Shown in pieces: positions 28,418-39,946 of a stretch of DNA of 64,000 nucleotides. Numbering within the stretch: the stretch's first letter is position 1; the number at the start of each line of letters is the position of its first letter. Location: the NCBI GenBank assembly GCA_963826115.1, contig CAWGVS010000005.1:2061137-2125136 (forward strand), written 5' to 3'. The translations under genes and the position numbers were made by a program. The notes below the pieces were generated by a model. It was not told the origin of the DNA and ran no database searches. It saw nothing but the letters and a program-made list of their open reading frames with translations. Source of the stretch: an uncultured Candidatus Rokubacteria bacterium. Its GTDB lineage: Bacteria; Methylomirabilota; Methylomirabilia; Rokubacteriales; DASRDR01.

Positions 28418-29518
28418 CTAGGACGCCGCCAGCGCGCTTCCGGTCGCGGCGTCGAACAGGTGCATCTTCTCCTGGTCGAACGCGAGCCAGATCGGCTGGT
28501 TCGGCGCGAGCCGGGCGTGCGGCGGCACGCTCACGACGACGGTATCCGCTCCGAGCCGGACGTGAACGTAGGTCACGTCGCCGGTCGGCTCGACGGTGTA
28601 GACCTGACCCAGGATGGCGTCCGCGACCGATTCCGGCGACAGCCGGAGCGTGCTGTGGCGCGCTCCCATCACCACCTCGGCGCGAGGACGCGGCCAGCGC
28701 GCGGCGCGCGTTGCGGGGGGACAGCGCGACACGCCAGCCGTCCGTCCCCTCCAGCGCGGCGCCGTTCGCGTCGCCGACGACGCGCGCCTTCAGCAGGTTC
28801 ATCGCCGGGCTGCCGACGAAGCCGGCGACGAAGAGGTTGACCGGGTGGTCGAACACGCGCTCGGGCCGGTCGTACTGCTGCAGCACGCCGCCGTCCATGA
28901 CCGCCATCCGGTCCGCCATGGTCACGGCCTCGAGCTGGTCGTGCGTCACGTAGATCACGGTCGCGCGGAGGTCCTGGTGGAAGCGCTTGAGCTCGGCGCG
29001 CATCTGCACGCGCAGCTTGGCGTCGAGGTTGGAGAGCGGCTCGTCCATCAGGAAGACCTTCGGGTCGCGGACGAGCGCGCGACCGAGCGCGACGCGCTGC
29101 TGCTGGCCGCCGGAGAGCTCCCGCGGGCGCCGCTCGAGCAGGTGCCCGATGTCGAGCACCTTCGCCGCCTCGCGGACCCGGCGGTCGATCTCGGCCTTCG
29201 GCGTCTTGCGCATCTTCAGCGGAAAGGCGAGGTTCTTGTAGACCGTCTTGTTCGGGTAGAGCGCGTAGTTCTGGAACACCATCGCGACGTCGCGGTCCTT
29301 CGGGTCGAGGTCGTTGACCAGGCGGTCGCCGATGCGGATCTCGCCCGCGGTGAGCTCGATCAGCCCGGCCACGAGGTTGAGCGTCGTCGTCTTGCCGCAG
29401 CCCGACGGCCCGACCAGCGCCACGAACTCGCCGTCCTCGACGGTCAGCGAGACGCGATCGACGGCCAGCGTGCCGGCCGTAGGTCTTGACCACGTCGGTG
29501 CAGCCTCACCTCGGCCAT
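28418..29518 (-). CDS. Sugar ABC ATPase MalK-like (frameshifts ~29480, ~28680)
   Basis: [45 protein letters not shown]; TOBE tail in second frame. Confidence 0.9.
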
Positions 29519-29550
29519 CGCGCGCCCCGCCGGATCTCGCCGCACCCCGT

Positions 29551-30434
29551 TCACGACTTGACCGCGCCCTCGGTCAGCGCCTTGACGAAGTATTTCTGCA
29601 GCACGAGGAAGAGCACGACCACCGGGACGCTCATGATGAACGACGCCGCCATCAGCCCCGGCCAGTTGCTCGCGAACTCGGTGAAGAAGCGCTGGAGCCC
29701 GACCGGCAGGGTCAGCCGGCTCTTGTCGTTCAGGAAGGTGAGCGCGTAGACGTACTCGTTCCACGCCGTGATGAAGGAGTAGATCGCGGTCGCGATGATC
29801 CCCGGCGCGGAGAGCGGCATCACGACCAGCAGGAACGCCTTGAAGCGCGACGCGCCGTCGATGCGCGCCGCCTGCTCGAGCTGGACCGGGATGTTGTCGT
29901 AGAAGCCCTTCAGCAGCCAGATCGACAGCGGCAGCCCGAAGGTGAGGTAGGTCAGGATCAGCGAGGCGTGCGTGTTCACCAGCCCCATCCAGCGCATCAT
30001 GATGAAGAGCGGCATGAGGAACACGACCGCCGGGAACATGTTGCGGACCAGCACCGCGTAGAAGAGCAGGTTGCGGCCCGGGAAGCGGAAGCGCGAGAAG
30101 GCGTAGGCCGCGGGGACGCCGACCAGCACGCCGAGCACTGTGGTCGCGGTCGAGACCCAGAGGCTGTTCAGCAGGTAGCGCGAGGAACTCGCGCCCGACC
30201 TCGTTCGCCGGCGAGAGCAGCCGGCGGTACTGCTCGAGGGTCGGGTTGCGCGGGATCCACTCGGGCGGGTACTGGACCGCGGCGAACTGCGTCTTGATCG
30301 ACGTGAGCAGCATCCACGCCATCGGCAGCACCGAGAAGACCAGCAGCAGGACGAGCAGCGACGGCGCCGACGAGCGTCCACGGCTCGATCCGCCGTCGCC
30401 CGGCGCGCGCGGTGGCCGGCGTCGCGGCGCTCAT
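29551..30434 (-). CDS. Carbohydrate ABC permease MalG-like (frameshifted)
   Basis: [37 protein letters not shown]. Confidence 0.87.
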
Positions 30435-31411
30435 CCCGGCCTCCGGTCGTCGCCGCGCGTGAGCGCGCGGACGTAGAACTAGCCCATCGCCATCATCACC
30501 ACGAACAGGATCACCGAGTAGGCCGACGCGAGACCGAAGCGGATGCGGCCGAAGGCGAGCTGGTAGATGTGCGTGATCCAGATCTCCGACGCCCCCGCGG
30601 GCCCGCCGCCGGTCATGATCCAGGGAATGGTGAAGCTGTTGAGGTTGGTCACGAGCAGCAGCAGCACGGTGACCAGCGACACGCCCTTGAGGTGCGGCAC
30701 GGTGACGTGCCAGAAGCGCTGCCACGCGCTGGCGCCGTCGACCTGGGCGGCGCGCAGCAGCTGGTCGGGCACGGTCTGCAGCCCGGCCAGCATCATGATC
30801 ATCGCGAAGGGGAACTCCTTCCAGACGTTGACCACGATCAGCGACGGCATCACCCGCGCGCGATTGTCGAGGAAGTTGATCGGCCCGTCGGTGAGCGCCG
30901 AGCGCCACCAGGAGCGCGCCGATGACGCCGAAATCGCTGTGGTAGAGCCAGCGCCAGACGTAGGAGGCGGCGACCGCGCTGATCACGTAGGGCACGAGCA
31001 GCGTGCCGCGCAGCACGCCGCGCCCGAAGAGCTCGCGGTTGAGCGCGATCGCCGCCCCGAAGCCGAGCACGAAGGCGAAGAGGGTCGAGAAGACCGTCCA
31101 GACCAGCGTGTTCCAGGTCGCCTCGTGGAAGCTCTCGGCGGCGAGGATGCGGCCGTAGTTGTCGAGGCCGACGAAGATCTTGTCCTCGAGCGCGAGATTG
31201 GGCGGCGTGTTGAAGAACGAGAGATAGACCGTGAAGTAGATCGGGTAGGCGATGACCAGCGCCATCACCCCGAGGGCGGGCAGGACGTAGAGATAGTCGG
31301 CGCGGTGGCGGACGACGCGCGCCAGCACGCCCGCCGGGCCGCGGACGCGAGGCGGCCGGCGGTCGTGGCTACCGGCCGCTCGCGCGCGGCGAGCGCGTCA
31401 GAGGTCGCCAA
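30431..31411 (-). CDS. Carbohydrate ABC permease MalF-like (frameshifts; internal TAG at 30481-30479)
   Basis: YLYVLP, FVGLDNY, NVWKEFPF, LAGLQTVP, AAQVDGAS; proposed TTG start at 31411 with AAGGA upstream. Confidence 0.82.
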
Positions 31412-31443
31412 GCAGGTCCTTAGAGATCGCCAAGCAGGTCCTT
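31400..31443. repeat. 22-bp tandem duplication at the SBP/permease junction
   Basis: AGAGGTCGCCAAGCAGGTCCTT followed by AGAGATCGCCAAGCAGGTCCTT (one mismatch). Confidence 0.85.
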
Positions 31444-32911
31444 GATCTTCTTCGCCGCGTCGTCGGTCGCTTCGGCCACCGTCATCTTCTCCGTCAGCGC
31501 GTTCTGCATCATGTTCGGCATGACGATGTTCATGATCTCCGCGGACTGCGGCATCACCGGGAAGGGGATGCCGTACGGCAGCATCGACGTCGTCACGTTC
31601 AGGAACCTGATCTGCTCGAGCCGCTGCTTCATCCACTTGGTCCGGAAGCCGCGCAGGTTGCCCGGGTTCGAGCCCACCCACGCCATCTTGGTCGACCATT
31701 CCGGGCCGGTGGCGAAGGCGATGATGGCCTTGGCCGCGCCGAGGTCGAGGCCGCCGTCGACGAGGTCCGGCCGGAAGATGTGCACGTTCGATCCGCCGAA
31801 GACGACCGCGCGGCGCGCCGGGCCCTTGGGGATGAGCCCGTAGCGCATGTTGCTGACCACCGCGTCGGCGGTCTTGCGGTCGTCGCCGGTGGCCTTCCGC
31901 GCGCGCTCGACCATCACCGCGTACTCGCGCGGGATGGGCGATCATCATCGCGAGGTTGCCGGCGATGAAGGGGTCCTGGTTCTCGACCTGGGTGTTGGTC
32001 AGCGCCGAGACCGGCACCGACTTGTCGCGCACGTACATGTCGTAGGAGGCCTGCAGCGCCGCCCGCGTGCCCGCGTTGTTGACGTAGATGGTCTTGTAGG
32101 TCGGGCTGGCCTCGGCCTCGTCGAGCGCGCCGCCGCCGTAGGCCCAGACCTGCGGCATGAAGCGGAACGGCGTGTTGCCGGCGTTGACGCGGGCGACCAT
32201 GCCGTAGCCGTTCTTGCCGGTCTTCTCCTTGATCTTGCGCGAGTAGGCGACGACGTCGTCCCAGGTCGCCGGCGGCGACTCGGGGTCGAGGCCCGCGTCG
32301 CGGAAGATGCCCGCGTTCCAGATGATCGCCATCGTCTCGTTGTTGGTCGGCACGCCGTAGGTCTTGCCCTTCCACGTCACCGACTTCATCGCGCCCGGCC
32401 AGAACTCGTCGGCGCCGTAGCCGACGTCCGCCGGCCCGAACTCGCGCAGCTGGCCCTTGGCCGCGAACTCGACGCCCCACAGGATCGGCAGCCGCGCCAC
32501 CATCGGCGCCGCCTTGCCCAGCGCGGCGGTGCGCAGCTTGTCGAGCATCTCGTTGTAGCTGAGGTTCTGCTTGGTGACCTTGATGTTCGGGTAGAGCTTG
32601 CCGAAGGCGTCCCAGAACTGCGCGTCGAGCTCGTGCTCGATCTGCGGCGAGGCCTGGGTCGGGCCGAAGTACCAGTAGGTCAGCCGGCCGGAGTGGTTGA
32701 GCGGCACGACCTTCGCGCACTCCGCGGCGGTGTCGTACTCGGCCGTGCCGGCGATGCTGGCGATGTGCTGCGGCGTCCACGTCGCCGCGTCGATGCCGGT
32801 CTTGCTCCCCTGCGCGAGCGCCTCGCCCGCGAGGCCCGCGACGGCCGCGCCGGCGGCGCCGGCGAGGAAGGCGCGACGGTTCATCTCGGGACGGCTCTCG
32901 GAATGGGTCAT
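31420..32911 (-). CDS. Tat-exported sugar ABC substrate-binding protein (frameshift ~31930)
   Basis: MNRRAFLAG Tat motif; GKTYGVP, WNAGIFRDAGLDP, PPATWDD; ends KIKDLLGDL. Confidence 0.85.
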
Positions 32912-33024
32912 GGCGTGATCCTCCTCATCGTTCTCGTCGTTGCGCTCATCGCTCCCGTTCGTCCAAGTCGGTCGCGACGCCTCCTGCCGTGCCAGGCCGG
33001 CGCCTGCGCGAGGATGAAGTCGGC

Positions 33025-34225
33025 TCAGTCGAAGAAGGTCGCGTCCTCCGGCGACAGGTGGCGCCGGGCGCGCTCGGGCACGAGCTCGACCCCCATGCCG
33101 GGCCGGTCCCAGACCGTGATGTGGCCGTCCTTCACGATCGGGTTCGGCAGCCCGTCGACGATGTCGTACCACCACGCCGGGTCGCCGGCCGGATACTCGA
33201 AGGCGATGAAGTTCTGCGGCAGGGTCGCGCTGACCTGCACCAGGGCGGCGAGGCCGAGCAGCCCGTTCCCGGTGCCGTGCGGCGCCATGAGGATGCCGTG
33301 GAGGTCGGCGTACTCGGCGATCCACTTGAGCTCGGCGATGCCGCCGACGTCGCACGGATCCGGGCCCGACCACGCGCACGGCGTGACGCTCGATCAGGTC
33401 CTTGAAGTTCTGCCGCAGGTAGATCTGCTCGCCGGTGTGGATCGGCGTCGAGGTGGCGCGGGTGACCTCGCGCGTAGACGTCGGCGTTGACGAAGGGGAT
33501 GTAGTCGCCGGTGATCATGTCCTCGAGCCACATCAGGTTGTGCTTCTCCACCGCGCGCGCGAAGCGGATGGCGTCGGGCACCGTCCAGCCCGGGCCGCAG
33601 TCGAGCGCCAGCCCGATCCCGTCGCCGAGCGCCTCCTTCATCGCCGCGACGCAGTCGAGCACGTGGCCGAGCCCGCGCTCGGTCAAGAGCCCGCGGTCGG
33701 TCCAGGCGTGGAAGGCGCTCGGCACCATCTCGCCGTAGAAGAAGTTCGGGACCTCGTGCTTCATCGGGCTGTGAAAGGCGATGCCCTGCTTGACGATGGT
33801 GAAGCCCTCGGGCAGCGCCTTCATCCGCCGCATCTCGTCGGCGTAGTGCTTCGGGGTCTGGCCGGTCGAGCGGCTTGCGCAGCGCGCCGTTGTAGACGCG
33901 CACGCGGTCGCGGATCTTGCCGCCGAGCAGCCGGTGGACCGGCAGCCCCGCCGCCTTGCCCGCGAGGTCCCACAGCGCCATCTCGATCGCGCTGACCGCC
34001 GACCCGTAGGGCTTGAAGGCGCCGCGCTGGCGGATCTTGAGCATCACCCGCTCGACGAGGGTCGGGTCCTCGCCGATCAGCGCCTCGCGGAGATAGAGCA
34101 CGAAGGGCTTGAGGTAGGGCTTGTACTGCTCGACCTCGCCGTAGCCGCTCGAGGCCCTCGTCGGTGACGAGGCGGACGATCGGGTTCTTGCCGATCACCG
34201 CGCAGCGGAGATCGACGATCTTCAT
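33025..34225 (-). CDS. Mandelate racemase/muconate lactonizing enzyme family (enolase superfamily); several frameshifts
   Basis: [52 protein letters not shown]. Confidence 0.85.
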
Positions 34226-34662
34226 GCGTCGCGGCTCTGGCTCACAGCGGACATTTGGCCTCCGGAGGCTGCGGAGCGGCGAAGATCGGGTCCGACAGTG
34301 GCGACCGTCGGCCGCGCCGCCTCATGATGGCGGGGCAGACGCGTCGAGGCACGGCGCGACAGGGCAGCCGACATCATGCCCCTTCTCGGCCCCCATGGGA
34401 GCCGACGAACGGTGGCGCAACGGTGGAGGTCCTCGGGCCGGAGAGGTCCGGCAGGGTCCTCAGGCGGATCGTAGGAGGGGGCTTCCACCCTGTCAAGGGA
34501 CCGCGTCGGCCCGAGACCTCGGTTCCCCAGGGCTGACCCGTGTCGCAGCGGCAGCAGCGGACGAGCATAGCCCCTTGCGGTGCCCAGCAAGCACGCGCTA
34601 TTCTCGCCCCGCCGCCGGCCAGTTCCTCGGACAGGGACATCAAGCGAACGGAGGAGCACACC

Positions 34663-36267
34663 ATGAAGGGCACATCAGGACGACGCGCACGAGGCATCGG
34701 GATGGCCATCTTGACGGCGCTCTTGATCGCCGCCCTCGGCGCGCCGTCGGTGCAGGCGCAGTCGACCCTCCGGGTCGCCGCCGAGTCGGATCTCAAGTCG
34801 CTCGATCCGATCTGGACCACGGCCGCCATCACCGCGAGCCACGGGTTCATGATCTACGACCAGCTCTTCGCCGAGGACTCGAAGCTCGATGTCAAGCCGC
34901 AGATGGTGGAGCGGTGGCAGTCGAGCCCCGATGGCCTCGTGTGGTCCTTCACGCTGCGGCCCGGCCTCAAGTGGCACGACGGCACCCCGGTCACGTCGAA
35001 GGACGTCGTGCCGTCCATCAACCGCTGGGGGGCCCGGATCGCCTCCGGTCAGCTCCTGATGACGCGCGTGCGCGAGGTGGTGGCCACGGGAGAGCGGACC
35101 TTCGAGATCCGCCTCAAGGACAAGTTCCCCGCGGTGGTGGACATGCTGGGGGCGTCGGCCCAGCCGCTCTTCGTCATGCCGGAGAAGGACGCGCTGACCG
35201 ATCCCTTCAAGCAGGTCGAGGCGACCGTGGGGTCGGGGCCGTTCATTTTCCTGAAGGACGAGTGGGTGCCCGGCAGCAAGTGGGTCTACCGGAAGAACCC
35301 CCAGTGGGTGTCGCGATCCGAGACTCCCGACGGCTACACGGGGGCCAAGCTCCCCAAGGTCGACAGGGTCGAGGTGACGTACATCCCGGACGGCTCGACC
35401 GCCGTGCAGGCGCTGAACGCGGGCGAGGTCGACGTGTACCAGTTCCCGCCGAACGACCTCCTCCCGATCCTCGAGCGAAATCCGGACATCGTCGTGCGCA
35501 TCACGAACAAGTTCGGATACATCCCGATTCTCCGGCCCAACCACCTGGTCCCCCCGACGAACAACGTCAAGGTCCGCCAGGCCATGCTGTGGGCGGTCGA
35601 TCAGAACGCCTACCTGGCCGCCATGGTCGGCAACCGCTCGATGGAGCTCCGCTGCTGGGCGGTGTTCACCTGCGGCAGCCCGCTCGAGTCCAAGGCGGGC
35701 CTTGGTGGCTGGGCCAACGGGCCCAACGTCGAGCGCGCGCAGCAGCTCCTCCGCGAGGCCGGTTACAAGAACGAGCCGATCGTCCTGATGAACCCGACCG
35801 AGAACCAGATGATTTCCGCGATGGCCGTCGTGAGCAGCCAGCTCCTGAAGAAGGCCGGCTTCAACGTCGACATGCAGAACATGGACTGGGGGACGCTCGT
35901 CACCCGGCGCGCGGTCAAGGACGACCCGGCCAAGAACAAGTCCGGCTGGCACGTCTTCCACACCTGGGGGACCGCCAGCTACCTCGCCAACCCGCTCCTG
36001 AACAACACGATCCCGACCCCCTGCGACGGGAAGAACTGGTTCGGCTGGCCGTGCGAGGAGACCCTCGACAAGGTCCGGCAGGAGTACATCCTGGCGAGCT
36101 CCCTGCCGCAGAAGAAGGAGATCACCGAGCGGTTCCAGGCGCGCTTCTACGAGGTCGTGCCCTTCATCCCGCTCGGCCAGTACTACACGAAGAGCGCCTT
36201 CCGCAAGAACCTGAGCGGCGTCCTCGACAACGCGCACCTGGTGCTCTGGAACATCGAGAAGAAGTAG
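34663..36267 (+). CDS. Peptide ABC substrate-binding protein (family 5)
   Basis: Signal peptide; LKSLDPIWTTA, FTLRPGLKWHDG, VGSGPF; GGAGGAG RBS. Confidence 0.92.
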   Translation: MKGTSGRRARGIGMAILTALLIAALGAPSVQAQSTLRVAAESDLKSLDPIWTTAAITASHGFMIYDQLFAEDSKLDVKPQMVERWQSSPDGLVWSFTLRPGLKWHDGTPVTSKDVVPSINRWGARIASGQLLMTRVREVVATGERTFEIRLKDKFPAVVDMLGASAQPLFVMPEKDALTDPFKQVEATVGSGPFIFLKDEWVPGSKWVYRKNPQWVSRSETPDGYTGAKLPKVDRVEVTYIPDGSTAVQALNAGEVDVYQFPPNDLLPILERNPDIVVRITNKFGYIPILRPNHLVPPTNNVKVRQAMLWAVDQNAYLAAMVGNRSMELRCWAVFTCGSPLESKAGLGGWANGPNVERAQQLLREAGYKNEPIVLMNPTENQMISAMAVVSSQLLKKAGFNVDMQNMDWGTLVTRRAVKDDPAKNKSGWHVFHTWGTASYLANPLLNNTIPTPCDGKNWFGWPCEETLDKVRQEYILASSLPQKKEITERFQARFYEVVPFIPLGQYYTKSAFRKNLSGVLDNAHLVLWNIEKK

Positions 36268-36297
36268 CCGGACGGGACGCGACTCGCCTGGCCCGGG

Positions 36298-37188
36298 CTA
36301 GAGCCGCCGGGCCAGGCGAGGATCCAGCGCCGTCCGGAGGCCGTCTCCCACGAGGTTGACCGACAGTACCGTCGCCGAGAGGGCAAGGCCCGGGAAGAGG
36401 ATCATCCAGAAGGCAACCTGGAAGAACGTCCGTCCCTCCGCGATCACGTTGCCCCACGTGGGCACGTGGGACGGCGTGCCGGCGCCGAGGAACGAGAGCC
36501 CCGCCTCGATGAGTACCGCGGCCGCGAAGACGTAGGTCGCCTGGACGATCAGCGGCGCCACCGTGTTGGGAAGGACGTGGCGCGCCAGGATCCGAGGCAG
36601 CCGCGAGCCGCTGGCGACCGCCGCCTCGACATAGGTTCGCTCCCGGAGGCTCAGCACCAGGCCACGCACCAGCCGGACGACCCGCGGGATCTCGGCGATC
36701 GTGATCGCGAGCACGACGTTCCGGACGCTCGGCCGGCTCAGCGCCATCAACGCGATCGCGACCAGGATCGCGGGGATCGCCATCATCCCGTCCATGACCC
36801 GCATGATGATCGCGTCCGCCGGGCGGCTGTATCCCGACACGAGCCCGAGCAGGAGGCCGATCAGGACGCTCGAGACGGCCACGCTCAGGCCGACGAAGAG
36901 TGAGACACGGCCACCGTAGACGGTGCGGCTGTAGACGTCGCGGCCGTACAGGTCCGTTCCGAACCAGTTCTGGGCCGAGGGCGGGCGCAGGCGCTGGATG
37001 GGGTCGATCTGGACGGGATCGGTCGTGCCGAGCCACGGGGCAAGGATGGCGACCACCGCCGTCGCGAGCAGCAACATCAGGCCGAGCGCCGCCGTCGGAT
37101 GGCGGCGGGCGAGCCGAGCGAGGTGGAGCCACCGGCCGTGAGGGGCCGGAGCCGATCCGGGGGCCGGTTCCGCCTCGGGTGCGCTCAT
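36298..37188 (-). CDS. Peptide ABC permease DppC-like
   Basis: WFGTDLYGRDVYSR, YVEAA, LSFLGAG, GDGLRTALDP. Confidence 0.92.
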   Translation of the reverse strand: MSAPEAEPAPGSAPAPHGRWLHLARLARRHPTAALGLMLLLATAVVAILAPWLGTTDPVQIDPIQRLRPPSAQNWFGTDLYGRDVYSRTVYGGRVSLFVGLSVAVSSVLIGLLLGLVSGYSRPADAIIMRVMDGMMAIPAILVAIALMALSRPSVRNVVLAITIAEIPRVVRLVRGLVLSLRERTYVEAAVASGSRLPRILARHVLPNTVAPLIVQATYVFAAAVLIEAGLSFLGAGTPSHVPTWGNVIAEGRTFFQVAFWMILFPGLALSATVLSVNLVGDGLRTALDPRLARRL

Positions 37189-37192
37189 CGCG

Positions 37193-38134
37193 TCAGTAGC
37201 GGATCCTGGGATCCAGCATCGTGTAGAGAAGGTCGACGGCCAGGTTGATGAGGACGTAGACCGCCGAGAAGACCAGCACGACGCCCTGGATGATCGGATA
37301 GTCACGCCGCAGGATGGCGTCGACCGTGAGCCGGCCGACGCCGGGAATGGCGAACACGCTCTCGGTGATCACCGCCCCGCCGATGAGCAGGGCGACGCCG
37401 ACGCCGATGGTCGTGGCGATCGGCACCGCGGCGTTCTTGAGCGCGTGGCCGACCAGGACCCGGACGGCGGCCAGGCCCTTGGCGTGGGCGGTGCGGACGT
37501 AATCCTCGCTCAGCACCTCCAGCACCGTCGCGCGGGTCATGCGCGCGATGAGGGCGATGTAGACGGTCCCCAGCGCCAGCGTGGGCAGGGTGATGCTCCG
37601 CAGGAATGGACCGAGGCCCTGGGCGATGGGCACGTAGCCCTGGACGGGAAACCACCGAAGCTGGACGGCGCCGCCGTAGATCAGCAGGTAGCCGAGGACG
37701 AACACCGGGCAGGAAAAGCCGAGCACGGCCAGGAGCATGATCGCCTGATCGATCCAGGAGCCTGCCTTCCAGGCCGCGACCACACCCATGGGCACCGCCA
37801 GGGACACGGCCACGACCAGGGTCGCCACGCTGAGCGCCAGCGTCGGCTCCGCGCGCTGCCGGATGAGCCGGCTGACGGGGACGTTCGAGAACACCGAGAC
37901 CCCGAGGTCGCCGCGGAGGAGCTGCCCGACCCAGGTGACGAACTGGACGTGCAACGGAGCGCTGAGCCCGAGTCGCTCGCGGATGCGCTCGACGTCCTGC
38001 GCGGTGGCCAGATCTCCGGCGATCAGCGCGGCCGGGTCGCCCGGCGCCAGGTGGAGGAGCGCGAACACAAAGAGCGCCACCACCCCCATCACCGGCACGG
38101 TGGCAAGGATCCGCCGGAGCAGATAGACGGCCAT
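37193..38134 (-). CDS. Peptide ABC permease DppB-like
   Basis: APGDPA, GDLGVS, EDYVRTAHAKG, DPRIRY. Confidence 0.93.
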   Translation of the reverse strand: MAVYLLRRILATVPVMGVVALFVFALLHLAPGDPAALIAGDLATAQDVERIRERLGLSAPLHVQFVTWVGQLLRGDLGVSVFSNVPVSRLIRQRAEPTLALSVATLVVAVSLAVPMGVVAAWKAGSWIDQAIMLLAVLGFSCPVFVLGYLLIYGGAVQLRWFPVQGYVPIAQGLGPFLRSITLPTLALGTVYIALIARMTRATVLEVLSEDYVRTAHAKGLAAVRVLVGHALKNAAVPIATTIGVGVALLIGGAVITESVFAIPGVGRLTVDAILRRDYPIIQGVVLVFSAVYVLINLAVDLLYTMLDPRIRY

Positions 38135-39789
38135 CAGGAGGCCGATCGAGGCGGGGCGGCGGCGGCGGTCAACCGTTCGAGCACGTTTGCCGTCACGCGC
38201 GAGACCGCCGGGTCCACCGGCATCGACGCGACGTAGGTGATCGAGCCGACCGAGAACACGGCGCCGCCGCGCGGGGTGTCCCGGTAGACGATCTCCGCGC
38301 CGCCGTCGTCGGGATTGAGGCCCTTGGCCAGCAGCATGGCCTCCGGGTGCGACGACGGGCTCATCTTGTCGGTCTCGTGGCCGGAGGCGCCACCGGGCAC
38401 GCGCTCGTGCAGGCTGGCCGCACCGAACACGTCGCCGTCCCGGAGACCGGTGCCGGCGAAGATCCAGTGGGAGGCGTCGCGCACCCGGTAGGGCGCGGCG
38501 GTCATGATCCCGGTGTCGGTCGTCACGACGCCGAGGAGACTCGCCTCGCTCTCGAGCGTCCGATGCATGCGGCTCTCGAAATAGATGCGGGGATCCCGGG
38601 GGTCGCGCATGCCGAGCTCACCGTCGACGCTCAGGAGCTGGGTCTTGCACCGCATGGTCGCGGCGTCGAGCCACTCCACCTCGCAGTTGAGCCCGTTGCC
38701 GCCGAGGTACATGAGCCGGCCACCGCGCTCCTCGACCCACGCCTTCACGCCCGTCGTACATGCGCCGTGTCCAGTACTCCGGATGCACGCTGAGGACGAG
38801 CACCCGGTAGGCGTCCAGGTCGAGCAGCCCGTCGTCGAGCTGCGTCTCCGCATAGAGGTCGTAAGGATACCCCTCGCGCTCCAGCCACGCCGAGCAGGCG
38901 CCACTCGGCCGGGGCCATGCCGCAGGCCAGGCGGCCGCGGATGGGGTCCGTCACCTGCATCTCCTCCGGGACGTGATTGCCCATCTCGGGTCGCTCGAAG
39001 GAGAGCGGCGCGTACGCCGCGTCGGGAGCGGCCCACACGTTGAACGCGCCGCTCTCCGTGTAGCGCGGCAGGTCCAGGCGGGCGTTGACGATCGGGCGCT
39101 CGGGCAGCCGGTCGGCGTTGATGTAGTTGCTGCGGCCCCCGAAGTTGTTGTAGGCGTTCCAGGTGTTGTTGGAGGCCAGGACCGCAATCGGGGCCTGCGG
39201 CCGGGCCGGCGCCACGACCCACGGGAACGAGAAGAAGGCCCCCGACCATTCCCCCTTCGCGTGCACGTAGTAGAGCCCGGAGCGCTCCGGGCCGGTCACC
39301 AACTGGGTGTGGTGCGGGTTCCCGTATCCGCTGCCGGTTCCACTGGACGCCGGTCTGCGTGTAGTCGCCGTCCGGCGTGATCTGCATCGTCGGCGCGTGG
39401 CCCGTGCTCGTCGAACCAGCCGATCATGCGCACGAATTCCTTCTGCAGCCCGTAGCGCCACAGCGTCAGCCGGTACGGCTCGACGGAGTGGACGCGGAAC
39501 TCCGACCGCTCGCCCGCGCGGCACCACTTCGGCCACACGTATCCGAGGAGGCGGTCGGCCAGCAGGCGGAACTGGTATGGCCTCCGGGGTCGGCGGACAC
39601 CGTGACGCTCTTCGAGCCGAACCCGTCCTTCGCCAGCGTCACGCGGTACTCGCCCGGCCCGAGATCGGCACGGATGGCGCCGCGAGGCGACGAGCGCACC
39701 ACGGCGACGCTCTGGCCGTCCCGCTCGATCTCGACCAGCGCGTCCGCGATGGCCATGTAGCGTTCGTCGCTCACGTATCCGAGCAGCAT
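38134..39789 (-). CDS. N,N-dimethylformamidase large-subunit-like protein with N-terminal carboxypeptidase-regulatory-like domain (several frameshifts)
   Basis: Stitched: MLLGYVSDERY...GEYRVTLAKDGF...SGLYY...NTWNAYNNFGG...LSFERP...LSVHPEYWT...LMYLGGN...GHETD...VFSVGSI. Confidence 0.75.
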
Positions 39790-39946
39790 CGACAGCTTTC
39801 TCCGGCGCGACGCCGTCGCATCGGTGCCCGCATGGGGAATCGCCGCCATTGGCTCGATCCGGGGCGGCGCAAGGTGGCTCCCGAGGCTACCCCAGGTCGT
39901 CGGCGGCGTTCAAGGTGGATCGGACGGGCCGGCGGCACAGGCCCAC

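Noticed and set aside
26883-29423. 846-aa ORF suggesting an ABC ATPase-RraA fusion
   Set aside because: Artefact of frameshifts; the ATPase tail ends at 28418 in another frame, and the RraA-like gene has its own RBS and ATG at 28328
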